IMG/VR virus record: IMGVR_UViG_3300043468_001158
Origin: a virus
Taxonomy: Duplodnaviria; Caudoviricetes
DNA: 64,000 bases
Direction: 5' to 3' (one strand)
Shown: one piece after another, positions 37,204-47,345 of the stretch
How the letters are laid out: the number at the start of each line of letters is the position of its first letter
Position numbering within the stretch: the stretch's first letter is position 1
Position numbers and translations under genes: made by a program
Notes under the pieces: generated by a model
What the model was told of the DNA's origin: nothing
The model's input: only the letters and a program-made list of their open reading frames with translations
Database searches by the model: none

Positions 37204-37868
37204 AAATCGTAAGTCCGTTCAAAGACTACTATGATTATCTTGTAGGAGTATACGGCATAGATGAGTCTATTGTCTATGTTCGTAATACTCTTGCAAAAGG
37301 TTATGTTACGACTGAGAAAAAAGTATTTGACTTTCACCCATTTGCTATACCACCTGGTTATAAGACTAAGTATGTAGTAGTGAATGGGCGAAAGTATTTG
37401 TTTGTATGTCCTTCAAATTCTTATCTTGTAAAACCAAGATGGGAATTGTATGATTTCGATAAACATCATGGTCATGAGTTCATATCTCAACGATACTTTA
37501 GAAGGAAAGACCTTGAAGAACAACAAAAAGATTACATTGGTGGAACATCTCAAGCTCTAATTGACCTTTCAAAAGAAGTTGGAACTCCAGTGTTCAGTGT
37601 CACTGGATTTTCATGGATTGAGCGAAGCAAAAAGACTAATCGAAAATATGAATATGCGTTGGATAATGAAGTACCAATGCTGTCTGAACATGGCTTTCCG
37701 AATATCATCCCAGCAAATCAATTGTACCAAGAACTTGAACATTATTTGTGTAATGTATTACGGGATTCTCCTGATACAAAACCGCCAGTAACTATCAGCG
37801 ATAAAGATATGATTGAAAGCAAGGGCTTTGATAAAAAGATAAGCTTCCGTCATAGGAAGAATAAATAG
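37200..37868 (+). CDS. hypothetical protein coupled to Ro60
   Basis: ATGA overlap with the Ro60 stop; MKIVSPFKDYYDY N-terminus, DMIESKGFDKKISFRHRK C-terminus. Confidence 0.7.
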   Translation: MKIVSPFKDYYDYLVGVYGIDESIVYVRNTLAKGYVTTEKKVFDFHPFAIPPGYKTKYVVVNGRKYLFVCPSNSYLVKPRWELYDFDKHHGHEFISQRYFRRKDLEEQQKDYIGGTSQALIDLSKEVGTPVFSVTGFSWIERSKKTNRKYEYALDNEVPMLSEHGFPNIIPANQLYQELEHYLCNVLRDSPDTKPPVTISDKDMIESKGFDKKISFRHRKNK

Positions 37869-37896
37869 AATATTGAAACTCCCTTTATAGGAATAA

Positions 37897-38433
37897 ATGA
37901 AACTCAATGTCATAGTAGCACACGATACTAATCGTGTGATAGGTAATAGTAAATCAAACTCTTTGCCTTGGTACCTTCCTCCAGACCTAAAACATTTCAA
38001 GAAACTAACATTAGGTCATCCAGTGATTATGGGTAAGAATACTTATCTATCATTACCAAATCAAAAACCATTACCAGATAGAACGAATATTGTTATTTGC
38101 AGTAATCCTGACGAATTTGAATTCCCATATAATGAATATGAAAATCAAAAGGATTCACCAGTACTAGGTTTCTCTGATTTAACCCGAGCTATTATCTTCT
38201 GCGAAACCTGGTTACAAGCTAAAGAAGCTTTTGTGATTGGTGGAGCAAGAATGTATAATGAAGTATTGAAGAAGCATCAAGTAGATGTTGTATATCGAAC
38301 CTTGATTGATGGAACTTTTGAAGGGGATGTAAAGTTTCCAGAATTGAAAGGGGAGCAATGGGTGTTGAAACCCGGAGACCCCCTTGAATATGAAGGGCTG
38401 ACTTATTACTTTGACGAGCTTGTTAGGGAATAA
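37897..38433 (+). CDS. folA: dihydrofolate reductase
   Basis: IVAHD.NRVIG, LPWYLPPDLKHFKKLT, VIMGKNTY.SLP.KPLPDRTNIV, VIGGARMY, GDVKFP. Confidence 0.95.
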   Translation: MKLNVIVAHDTNRVIGNSKSNSLPWYLPPDLKHFKKLTLGHPVIMGKNTYLSLPNQKPLPDRTNIVICSNPDEFEFPYNEYENQKDSPVLGFSDLTRAIIFCETWLQAKEAFVIGGARMYNEVLKKHQVDVVYRTLIDGTFEGDVKFPELKGEQWVLKPGDPLEYEGLTYYFDELVRE

Positions 38434-39406
38434 CAAAAGTTTGAAGATTGTCAGATACATAATTGAAATTATGGGTTACTCCATTTACAATTATTCTAAT
38501 CAAACCATGTTGGTTTCGATTTCTAACTCCTAATGGATTACTTCTACTATATGTCGCAATGGTCAAAAGGTCCGTAATGTTATTGGTTCTAACAAAGTTA
38601 GAACCGCCACCTCCACCGTAACCTGTGGCATCTCCACCACCTCCACCACCTCCACCATAACCACCTCCACCACCTCCGGCAGAAGCATCTTCATCATTAT
38701 CATTTGAAATATCCCCACCGTTTCCGCCATAACCACCAAGACTATAACCCCATCCACGAGCGTGAGCGGAATTAGCTGCTGCCGCGTTACCACCTTTACC
38801 AGGAGTTGTTGGGTCTGTGTAAGAATCCCCTGAAGCTCCACTGCGTCTTATTCCTACACCACCGGCACCACCGGCACCATTTGCTCCAGCACCGCGACCA
38901 CTTGCATCAGCACCAGTTCCAGCATAACTTCCAGTTCCATCACCATTTAGACCAGCGCCATTTGCTCCTCCACCACCATCTCCACCTGCTCTATCGTTGC
39001 CGCTATAACCACCACCTTGTCCTCCACCACCACCTGCAATAGCAAGTAGAGTACCAGAAGAAGTTGTGATAGCTGAAGCACCACCACCTCCAGCACCATG
39101 ACCAAAAGTATTACCAACGTCTGGGTGTTCACCTCTACTAGCAACCCAAAGATTGAGTGACGTTCCACGTAGCATTTGTCCAGTTATTTGAACTGAACCG
39201 CCACGACCACCTACAGCAACACCACCACCTGGTGCTCCAAAAATTTGAAGGTCTATCGTTGCCCAATTCGGAAATACTTGTTCCCACACTCCGTTATGCT
39301 TTACGAAAACTTTTTGACTGTCTCTCCACACACCATTATGCTTTACCCAAATATGAGTTGGTTCTTTCCAAACTCCATTATGTTTTACTCTTGTAACAGA
39401 AGGCAT
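38423..39406 (-). CDS. glycine-rich tail-fibre tip / adhesin-like protein
   Basis: Repeated VKHNGVW N-terminal motif, long Gly-rich loops. Confidence 0.7.
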   Translation of the reverse strand: MPSVTRVKHNGVWKEPTHIWVKHNGVWRDSQKVFVKHNGVWEQVFPNWATIDLQIFGAPGGGVAVGGRGGSVQITGQMLRGTSLNLWVASRGEHPDVGNTFGHGAGGGGASAITTSSGTLLAIAGGGGGQGGGYSGNDRAGGDGGGGANGAGLNGDGTGSYAGTGADASGRGAGANGAGGAGGVGIRRSGASGDSYTDPTTPGKGGNAAAANSAHARGWGYSLGGYGGNGGDISNDNDEDASAGGGGGGYGGGGGGGGDATGYGGGGGSNFVRTNNITDLLTIATYSRSNPLGVRNRNQHGLIRIIVNGVTHNFNYVSDNLQTFVIP

Positions 39407-39426
39407 ATAAGCTATTTCCTATTCTT

Positions 39427-41331
39427 TTAGTACTGATACCAAATGTCGCCATCAATTCCGCCAAAAGGTGCTGATGTTGATACATAACGAGTTCCAACTG
39501 CATTGGTTCCTATAACATTTCCAGCACTTACAGAAAGTGGGCCATTCAATATTCCGCCAGCAACAGTTAGTGCTTTAGCGCCATTGACATATAAGTCTTT
39601 GTTTGGCATAACATAACGGGTACCATCATACACAAGTTTTGCTTCACCTGTATTACCTAACATCAAAGTACCTGAAGTTGTTCCAAGTTCTGTATAATGA
39701 ACCGTAACTTGAACGGAATCAAGTGCTACAGTTGCTACACCAACTTCCCAATCATAAGTTTCGGCATATATTCTAATGCCAATACCTTGAGGTCCATTGA
39801 CTGAAGAAGGACTTAGGTTATAACCCCATGTTGAATTGACTCCACCAAAAGTAATTATCCCACCAGGAGCAGCAATAAACTGCTGTTGATAATACTGATT
39901 AGAAGTTGCACTTGGAATAACCATTGATGCAATAAGAAACACATCAACTGAACCACCGGTTACATAATTAGTAATATTGACGGTTACACCAGTAATAGTC
40001 GCATCAGTTGGAATAGCAAATGCGCTAGTATGAAGTTCAATTGACGGTGTTTGATATAAAGCTGAAAGATTGTTTGATGCAACGGGTCCATTTGGACCGC
40101 CAAGAGCATTCGCAGCATTCGCCCAATCACCGGCATCGATAACTTGTGTCATGAACTGAGATGCAGTTTGTGGTGTCCCCAGACCATTGCCTAATATAGT
40201 CAAGGTATCTGACATCGTATCACCATCTTTTCGAACATAATCAGACGGGTCATAAGCAGCTAAAGCAGTTTGTACGAAAGCGGTAGTTGCAACTTTTGTA
40301 GAATTATCACCCGCAGTTGGAGTAATCGTAAATGCTCCACCTGCTAAGTTAGTATTACCTGAAATGTAGTTTTCGCCACTTGAACCAATAATCATTTCAC
40401 CATAAGGAGCACCCCATAAAGAAGGTTCAGCACGGAAACGTAAGTATTGAGCTCCATATAAAGCATGAGCAGTTCCGACTGATACCATACCTTGGTTGTT
40501 ATCAAGAAGTAAGGTATGAGCATCTCTCCCATAGTTTATCAAGCCTGGACCAGTTGGGTGTTCTGGTGAAGTAGCAATGACAAACATTCCAACATCAGTA
40601 GAATCAACCGTTACTCTTAACCCCTCAGTGCTCCAACCAACATAAACTTTATTAGTTGATTGATTAATACCACCACCTTGTTGAACAGGTGTGAATCCTA
40701 ATGAAGAAGTAATGTCACCTGCTGATAGAACTACATTACCAGTATGTCCATTGACGGAAAGTACTTCATTTGCAGAACCATCAAGTCTATCCCAAGCAGT
40801 ACCATTGTAAATTGCTGTATCACCAACATACCATTGATTGATACCTGATAAAGATGTGGTTCCTTGAACTGATACTACCCAGTACTGACCTTTAGTAGGT
40901 GAAGCAGAGGGAGCACTTCCAGAAGTAGCATTCCAAGTTCCTTGATAAACGACTGCACCTACAACTGAAGTAGGAAGAAGTGAAGCAGGAATTCGACCAG
41001 AACCATCAAGCCATGGCATATCAGGCAAATCGAAGTGGTCAATAACCACAACACCTGTCTTTCCATTGACTGATACTACATCTGAACCAACTGCATTTTC
41101 TTCACGAGATACTACGTCTATCTTATCACCAAGAACTGATGGAGTATAAAGAGTAAGCGTTGAACCATTAGGTGCAGAATACTGAGATGGTAATAAACGA
41201 TACCCATTCTGGTAGATTTCTACATTAGCCGGGTCGTAGTTCAATCCAGTAAAGACAGTTTGACCGGCAGTTGCAGTTTGAACATTTTGAGTCTTTAGGA
41301 AGTCGGGATAAGTTGTAACTCCGATATACAT
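39427..41331 (-). CDS. tail fibre protein
   Basis: TATAGQTVF module, VVSVNGKTG/SVNGHTG repeats, YQGTWNA module, DNSTKVATTAFV, C-terminal DGDIWYQY. Confidence 0.8.
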   Translation of the reverse strand: MYIGVTTYPDFLKTQNVQTATAGQTVFTGLNYDPANVEIYQNGYRLLPSQYSAPNGSTLTLYTPSVLGDKIDVVSREENAVGSDVVSVNGKTGVVVIDHFDLPDMPWLDGSGRIPASLLPTSVVGAVVYQGTWNATSGSAPSASPTKGQYWVVSVQGTTSLSGINQWYVGDTAIYNGTAWDRLDGSANEVLSVNGHTGNVVLSAGDITSSLGFTPVQQGGGINQSTNKVYVGWSTEGLRVTVDSTDVGMFVIATSPEHPTGPGLINYGRDAHTLLLDNNQGMVSVGTAHALYGAQYLRFRAEPSLWGAPYGEMIIGSSGENYISGNTNLAGGAFTITPTAGDNSTKVATTAFVQTALAAYDPSDYVRKDGDTMSDTLTILGNGLGTPQTASQFMTQVIDAGDWANAANALGGPNGPVASNNLSALYQTPSIELHTSAFAIPTDATITGVTVNITNYVTGGSVDVFLIASMVIPSATSNQYYQQQFIAAPGGIITFGGVNSTWGYNLSPSSVNGPQGIGIRIYAETYDWEVGVATVALDSVQVTVHYTELGTTSGTLMLGNTGEAKLVYDGTRYVMPNKDLYVNGAKALTVAGGILNGPLSVSAGNVIGTNAVGTRYVSTSAPFGGIDGDIWYQY

Positions 41332-41380
41332 ATGATAAGGTTCCTGTTATAAGAAAATTGGTATTAACACTATTTATCTT

Positions 41381-41917
41381 TTATGGTGTTGGAGGTAAAA
41401 AAGATTCATATGTCGGAAGTGAAGCAATAAAATCATCCGGCTTTGGAAAGATTCCATTTTGGTCAAATGTTGCTAATGCAGTAAAAGCCGTTTCCCATAC
41501 TGAGTCACGCCACGCATTGAAAGCAACACTTTCAATTTGGAACTTTGTAACTGTAGAAGCAGTATATGAGCAAGCTGAAAGTAGATTATCATAACCATAT
41601 TCTTTTGCTTTACTTTCCATAAATGTTGATATTCCAGGAATATAATCATCTATAGTTATTGCAACATTTGCTAATGTAACGAAGTTATTAGATTCATCTA
41701 ATACTTGAATACCAGTTCCAATGGCTCTTTCACACATTTTTTTGTTGAAATCATCTGGAACTATAAAGCTAGAAATACTATCACTAATATCATCATGTCC
41801 GTTCCAATTTATTGTTCCGGTGAATATATCCGGAACAATTGAATAAGTAGTTTGGACATATTCTAAAAAAGAGTTTATGATTGAAACGTCTTTAGTTCTT
41901 ATTACTATATTTTTCAT
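41381..41917 (-). CDS. tail-fibre assembly-like protein
   Basis: KAKEYGYDNLLSACSY...AWRDSVW pattern; lies between fibre genes. Confidence 0.6.
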   Translation of the reverse strand: MKNIVIRTKDVSIINSFLEYVQTTYSIVPDIFTGTINWNGHDDISDSISSFIVPDDFNKKMCERAIGTGIQVLDESNNFVTLANVAITIDDYIPGISTFMESKAKEYGYDNLLSACSYTASTVTKFQIESVAFNAWRDSVWETAFTALATFDQNGIFPKPDDFIASLPTYESFLPPTP

Positions 41918-41922
41918 TTACA

Positions 41923-44880
41923 TTATCCCCATACAGATACAATTGGTTTTCCTTCATATTCTTGAATAGAATATGAAAAAAACGATTCATCATCAATGTC
42001 ATTAGACGCTGGACTCTTCAGATTCAAATAAAGTTCTTCGTTAGCTTGGTCATAATAGAACCAAGCTGCACCGTTATACGCCCAAGAATCACTTGTAGTA
42101 CCAGTATAAACGGGCCAATTTGTACCATCACTATGTTCGCACATATAAACACCAGCATCATATTTCAACACTGTTCCTGTAGAGTTTTTGTACGCTAATT
42201 GAATGTAAAGTTTCTTATGAATTGTTCTTGTAGAAGTAACGTCGGCATTTTCCCAATACCCTACAACTTGAACTTCAATAACTTTGGTATAAACAGTATT
42301 TGCAGCATTGGGTATTAAAATGCTAGTTGAAATAACAGTATTATTTGCAACTCCAGTTAGAACAACACGGCCTTCAGCAATAGTCTTTTTGATATTTGAA
42401 CCTGTCATTTTCCACAATGTTGCATTAGTAGGATTGAATGACAAACCAGATGGAGAAAGCTTGAAGTTTTCCTGATTGTTATACGTTCCTCTAATACCGA
42501 ATGAAGAATCCGGAAGTAATCCCATTCTTGCAGTATTTCCACCACCAGCATCAACTTGAACATATGAAGAAGCTGAAAGTGTTCCAGCAGTAATCTTTTG
42601 TGCAGACAAGTTTCCAATGTATGCATCACCAATAGCGGCTGCCGCAATATAAGTTGAGACATTACCTGCAGTGATTTGACCAGTAATGTTAGTACCAAAA
42701 GCAGCACCAACTGTTGCACCATCTTGAGGACGGCCAGCACCGAAGATTTTTGACCAATCTAAAGCAGCACCACCTGAAGCATCAAGTATGATGTTACCAG
42801 CTGGGTCTCGAATTGTCAATCCATTCGTATTGACTTTTGCTGCGTTTACCGAACCTGTAACAAGTAAGTTACCGTCAATGACTTGGCCTGGAGCAACCCA
42901 TGCACCTCCATTCCAATACTTGACCATTGCAAATGTTGAACCATCGCTAATCGTTACTTCGTCATTTACAACTACACCCGTTGGAAATCTTGCAAGAACC
43001 GTAGCATTAGCAGTAGCATCACTCCACGCACCACCTGATGCATAGAATGAAGATGAACCGCGCGTTCCCGGTTGTCCTGATGGACCTGATGGTCCATCAT
43101 TACCTTGGATTTTTGACCAAGTGTAATCAGCTGGATTAGTACTTTCAACTGATGTCAATTTATTTGCAGCAAGGCCAAGATATGTTTGATTTGTCCATGC
43201 ACCAGTAGTAAACCCAACTGTTCCTGTTGAATTGTTTGCGTATGCAAACCAAGTGTACGTAGGAGCACCGTCAGCTCCAGGAGTTCCTGGTACTCCAGCA
43301 TCACCTTGGATTTTTGACCAAGTATAAAGAGCAGGATTAGTGCTTTCAGTTGAACTTGTTTGATTGTTTGCGATACCAATATATGCTTGACCAGTATTAG
43401 CACCAGTAGTAAACCCAACAGTTCCAGTAGAGTTATCTGCATATGCAATCCATGTATACATTGAATTGCCTTGAGCACCAGCAGCACCAGTTGGACCAGT
43501 AGCTCCTTGAGCTCCAGTAGGTCCTTGGATTTTAGACCAAATGTAATCAGCTGGATTAGTGCTTTCAACTGAAGTTAGTTTGTTTGTTGCTAATCCCAAA
43601 TATGTTTGGTTAGTCCAAGCACCAGTAGTAAATCCTGATGTTCCATCTGCCGAGTTAGCATATGCAAACCAAGTGTAGGTTGTTTGCCCATTGGCTCCTG
43701 GAGTTCCAGGCACACCAGCATCTCCTTGAATTTTCGACCAAGTATAATCGACAGGATTAGTGCTTTCAGTAGAAGAAGTCTTGTTATTTGCTAAACCAAT
43801 GTATGTATGACCAGAAGAAGCACCTGTCGTAAAGTTCAATGTCCCGTCAGCCGAATTCGCATAAGCAATCCAAGTATACATCGAGTTACCTTGAGGACCT
43901 GCAGCACCTGTTGGTCCAGTTGCGCCTTGGTCACCTTGCATTTTAGACCAAGTGTAATCGGCTGGATTTTGACTTTCTGTTGCAGTCAGCTTATTGACTG
44001 CTAAACCTAAGTATGTCTGATTGGTCCATGCACCGGTAGTAAAACCAACAGTTCCTGTTGCGTTATTAGCATATGCAAACCAAGTATAAGTTGTTTCACC
44101 GTTGATACCTGGAGTTCCTGGAACTCCATCTTCACCTTGGATTTTAGACCAAACGTATTGAGTTGGATTAGTGCTTTCAACTGCAGACGTTTTGTTGTTT
44201 GCAATACCAATGTAAGTATGTCCCGAAGAAGCACCTGTCGTAAAGTTCAGTGTTCCGTCTGCTGAATTCGCATAAGCAATCCATGTAAACATCGAATCGC
44301 CTTGAGGACCCGCTGCCCCAGCAGAACCTGTAGTACCTTGAGCACCAGGAGGTCCTTGCATTTTTGACCAAGTGTAATCAGCAGGGTTAGTGCTTTCAGT
44401 TGGGGTTGTCTTATTGACAGCTATTCCCAAATAGGTCTGATTAGTCCATGCACCATTTGTGAAATTCACAGTTCCTGTTGCATTATCCGCATAAGCAAAC
44501 CAAGTGTATAGTGTTTGACCTGCAGGACCAGGACCACCTGTTTGACCCATCGGACCAGCAGGCCCAGTAGGTCCTTGAGGTCCCTCAACAACTTCGTTGA
44601 TACCACCATCAATACGGTCCCATGTAGAACCGTTGTATGATATAATGTCACCTAAGTTCCAGAAATCAATACCACCAATGTTGAATGTTCCTTGAACGGC
44701 AACTTTGTAGTAATGTCCTTTAGTTCCAGTTCCATTAGCGAGTGTTGGAGTATTCGTTGCTGCGTTCCAAGTTCCCTGATAGTTCAATGCACCTGTCACT
44801 GAATCAGGAATCAATCCAACCGGAAGTTTCCCAGTATTATCAACTGCTATTGTGTTTGTAAGAGCTGTAAGTAATGCCAT
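41923..44880 (-). CDS. tail fibre with collagen-like linkers and seven ~72-aa repeats
   Basis: Gly-X-Y runs separating seven (Y/F)TW(F/I)AYA...TY(L/I)G...ESTNP..Y.WSK(I/M)QG units. Confidence 0.85.
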   Translation of the reverse strand: MALLTALTNTIAVDNTGKLPVGLIPDSVTGALNYQGTWNAATNTPTLANGTGTKGHYYKVAVQGTFNIGGIDFWNLGDIISYNGSTWDRIDGGINEVVEGPQGPTGPAGPMGQTGGPGPAGQTLYTWFAYADNATGTVNFTNGAWTNQTYLGIAVNKTTPTESTNPADYTWSKMQGPPGAQGTTGSAGAAGPQGDSMFTWIAYANSADGTLNFTTGASSGHTYIGIANNKTSAVESTNPTQYVWSKIQGEDGVPGTPGINGETTYTWFAYANNATGTVGFTTGAWTNQTYLGLAVNKLTATESQNPADYTWSKMQGDQGATGPTGAAGPQGNSMYTWIAYANSADGTLNFTTGASSGHTYIGLANNKTSSTESTNPVDYTWSKIQGDAGVPGTPGANGQTTYTWFAYANSADGTSGFTTGAWTNQTYLGLATNKLTSVESTNPADYIWSKIQGPTGAQGATGPTGAAGAQGNSMYTWIAYADNSTGTVGFTTGANTGQAYIGIANNQTSSTESTNPALYTWSKIQGDAGVPGTPGADGAPTYTWFAYANNSTGTVGFTTGAWTNQTYLGLAANKLTSVESTNPADYTWSKIQGNDGPSGPSGQPGTRGSSSFYASGGAWSDATANATVLARFPTGVVVNDEVTISDGSTFAMVKYWNGGAWVAPGQVIDGNLLVTGSVNAAKVNTNGLTIRDPAGNIILDASGGAALDWSKIFGAGRPQDGATVGAAFGTNITGQITAGNVSTYIAAAAIGDAYIGNLSAQKITAGTLSASSYVQVDAGGGNTARMGLLPDSSFGIRGTYNNQENFKLSPSGLSFNPTNATLWKMTGSNIKKTIAEGRVVLTGVANNTVISTSILIPNAANTVYTKVIEVQVVGYWENADVTSTRTIHKKLYIQLAYKNSTGTVLKYDAGVYMCEHSDGTNWPVYTGTTSDSWAYNGAAWFYYDQANEELYLNLKSPASNDIDDESFFSYSIQEYEGKPIVSVWG

Positions 44881-44899
44881 GTTGTTATAGTTCCCTTAT

Positions 44900-45421
44900 T
44901 TAGATTAGCCACCAACCACGAGTATCATCAATATAGATCAATGTCGTAGCAGAGTTCAAAACGTCAATAGTAACATCTTGTGCTAAACCTTGAATGTTCT
45001 TACCGTTACGAGCAATTGTGCCGGTAGTAGTTCCTGATGCATTGATAATTCGAACAGTCCAATTAGGAAGAGGATTTGACGGAAGTGTAAGAACGCAAGA
45101 AGCAGTCATGACATATGTTTGTCCGTTTGTCAATTCGCCATTCGCTGCAATAAGAAGTGGTGCATTAGAAAATACTGCATATTTCAAATCAGCTTTATAA
45201 CCAATAACTTCTATCTTATCATTCAATGCAGCTGGAGTAGAAAGAACAACTGACATACCCGTGTTTGCAGTATATTGAGACGGGTTTAGATGAACCCCAT
45301 TCTTATACACATCAAGTGCAGTTGGATTGTATTGACAAGTGAAAGTTGTTTGACCGGCTGTTGCAGTAAAGACATTATGTGTTCTATACACATCATGAGC
45401 TTGTTGTCCAAGGAGTGCCAT
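44900..45421 (-). CDS. tail-fibre/baseplate-associated protein
   Basis: FTATAGQTTF module shared with 39427..41331; TLPSNP...DDTRGWW C-terminus. Confidence 0.7.
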   Translation of the reverse strand: MALLGQQAHDVYRTHNVFTATAGQTTFTCQYNPTALDVYKNGVHLNPSQYTANTGMSVVLSTPAALNDKIEVIGYKADLKYAVFSNAPLLIAANGELTNGQTYVMTASCVLTLPSNPLPNWTVRIINASGTTTGTIARNGKNIQGLAQDVTIDVLNSATTLIYIDDTRGWWLI

Positions 45422-45436
45422 AAGTTATGTCCTTAT

Positions 45437-45772
45437 TTATGCAGGAAGTGCTTGTTCAGCTGTTGCCAAGAAGCTAATAACTGCGTCACATGTTGCAGCA
45501 GATGACTTGATACTAATGACATCAGTTTCACGTAAAGTAATCGGCTTGTCAAAAATCAATGATGTGCCTGCAGGAATTGTCAAGTTCTTGCCAACATAAC
45601 GTGACCCGAATCCACCTTTGTTCAATGTAACCTGAATATCAACTGTGATAGTATTGATTGCATCAGTATTAGCAATATACAATGAATGGATAACACATTC
45701 ATAGTCAGCTGGACATGTATATAGCGGTGTTAGTGTAGTTCCAACAGCAATGGCTGCGTTTCTGAATGCCAT
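45437..45772 (-). CDS. small virion-associated beta protein
   Basis: LYTCPA...IHSLYIAN pattern; late promoter at 45821-45828 (minus strand). Confidence 0.65.
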   Translation of the reverse strand: MAFRNAAIAVGTTLTPLYTCPADYECVIHSLYIANTDAINTITVDIQVTLNKGGFGSRYVGKNLTIPAGTSLIFDKPITLRETDVISIKSSAATCDAVISFLATAEQALPA

Positions 45773-45820
45773 AAGATAGGTACTCCGTACTTATTTGTTT
45801 GTTATTAAGAGATGATAAAC

Positions 45821-45828
45821 TATTTATA
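45821..45828 (-). promoter_or_regulatory. T4-type late promoter
   Basis: TATTTATA on + strand = TATAAATA on - strand. Confidence 0.6.
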
Positions 45829-45840
45829 GTTTTAGACTAT

Positions 45841-46617
45841 TTACCAAATAATGCGAACCATACCATCATTACCTGGACCACCTGCATAGTTTCCACCATT
45901 ATTGCCTGTAGTAGCACCACCTCCACCTCCAGCGCCAGGTCCAACACCTGCGGCACCGGAACCAGTTCCACCTACTCCACCGGTCGAATATCCAGGAACA
46001 TATCCACCAGCGCCACCATTTTGAGCAGATGAAGAAGCTGTGACAAAACCGCCACTAGTACCATTCACGCTATTTGTGCCAGAAGTCCCTCTGCCAGGTC
46101 TCCACCAAGTCCCACCACTAGTTGTAGGTTTTCCGCCATTAGCTGCAACTACAGTAGTTGTATTAATAGTTGAACTACCAGGTGTAGAACCTCCTGATTG
46201 GTTAAACGCTGGCCAAGCAGAACCCCCAGCACCAACTACACATGATAATACTTGACCAGGCGAAACATTTAGTGTTCCCGTCATAAGTGCTCCGGCACCA
46301 CCTCCACCTCCACCTGAACAATACGGGTCTTTTTCAGAACCACCACCACCACCAGCTCCACCACCAATAACTACATAAGATATTATGTAAATCCCAGATG
46401 GAACGGTAAAATTATACGTACCAGCAACTGATTGAGTCCAAGTTCCAGTTGAAAATGGTGGCTTTCCATAGAAATTACTTAGCGCGATGGTTCCCGAAGG
46501 AACCTCGGCTAAAGTACGAAGAGCACTTTCATTTAGACTAGATGTTGCATAAGTCCCTCTTCCAAGTTGAGTATTGATATTGCTAATTGATATTGTACCA
46601 GATGTTTGCAAAGCCAT
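45841..46617 (-). CDS. glycine-rich tail adhesin-like protein
   Basis: MALQTSGTISISNIN..LG...GTIALSNFYGK N-module, GTYNFTVPSG, GGGAGGGG loops, GMVRIIW end. Confidence 0.8.
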   Translation of the reverse strand: MALQTSGTISISNINTQLGRGTYATSSLNESALRTLAEVPSGTIALSNFYGKPPFSTGTWTQSVAGTYNFTVPSGIYIISYVVIGGGAGGGGGSEKDPYCSGGGGGGAGALMTGTLNVSPGQVLSCVVGAGGSAWPAFNQSGGSTPGSSTINTTTVVAANGGKPTTSGGTWWRPGRGTSGTNSVNGTSGGFVTASSSAQNGGAGGYVPGYSTGGVGGTGSGAAGVGPGAGGGGGATTGNNGGNYAGGPGNDGMVRIIW

Positions 46618-46661
46618 ATCTAATTCCCTTTATATGTAAGTTTTACTTTATGTACGCTGTA

Positions 46662-47333
46662 TTAAGGTGCTGGTTGAATTGAGGCAGCGGCAGCGGCAGC
46701 ATCAGCAGCAACGGTTTCAGCTTCAGTAGCTGCAGTTTGAGCGCTATTTGAATCAGACAATGCTTGTGCTGATGCATTTGATGAAGTAACTTGACCTAAT
46801 GCTATAGATGCTGCAGCTCGTGCAACATTAGCTGCATTTTGAGCGGCTTGAGCTGCGGCTAATGCAGCAACTGGGTCATTTGCTGATATAGCAGCATTTA
46901 CGTCTGCTAAAGCTGCTTCTGCAGCCACTTTAGCAGCAAGTACATCAGCAAGTGACGATGCAACAATAGATTCAACTGCGGCTATAGCAGCCTGTCTTGC
47001 AGCTTCAAGAGCAGCTAAGTCAGTATCACGTTTGATTGCTAAATGCAAGTACAATGAACGAATAGCAGTATAGATTTCGCCATAAGTCATAGTGTTTGCA
47101 GTATTATCACCAGTGTCTGGGTCAATTAGAGTAACTACAGTATCTTTGTTTGCCGGAGTAAAAGTTCCAAAAACATTTCCTAAATCACGGTGAGCTGCAC
47201 CATCAGGTAATACTACGACAAGTTCTTCATTGAACATGATTTCTGGATTTTGTCCATAAACATTCGAAATCGTAGCACTTTTAGCACGTTGATATGAAGT
47301 TGAATTGACATTAGATTCGTTATAGTTAGGCAT
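46662..47333 (-). CDS. tail-associated protein with an Ala-rich helical C-terminus
   Basis: Lies inside the fibre block; Ala-rich coiled coil. Confidence 0.65.
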   Translation of the reverse strand: MPNYNESNVNSTSYQRAKSATISNVYGQNPEIMFNEELVVVLPDGAAHRDLGNVFGTFTPANKDTVVTLIDPDTGDNTANTMTYGEIYTAIRSLYLHLAIKRDTDLAALEAARQAAIAAVESIVASSLADVLAAKVAAEAALADVNAAISANDPVAALAAAQAAQNAANVARAAASIALGQVTSSNASAQALSDSNSAQTAATEAETVAADAAAAAASIQPAP

Positions 47334-47345
47334 AAGTTTTTCCTT

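Noticed and set aside
42900-44560. CRISPR-like array of regularly spaced repeats
   Set aside because: The repeats are in-frame protein repeats with synonymous variation, and the intervening sequence is also conserved. No cas genes or true array were seen in the window.
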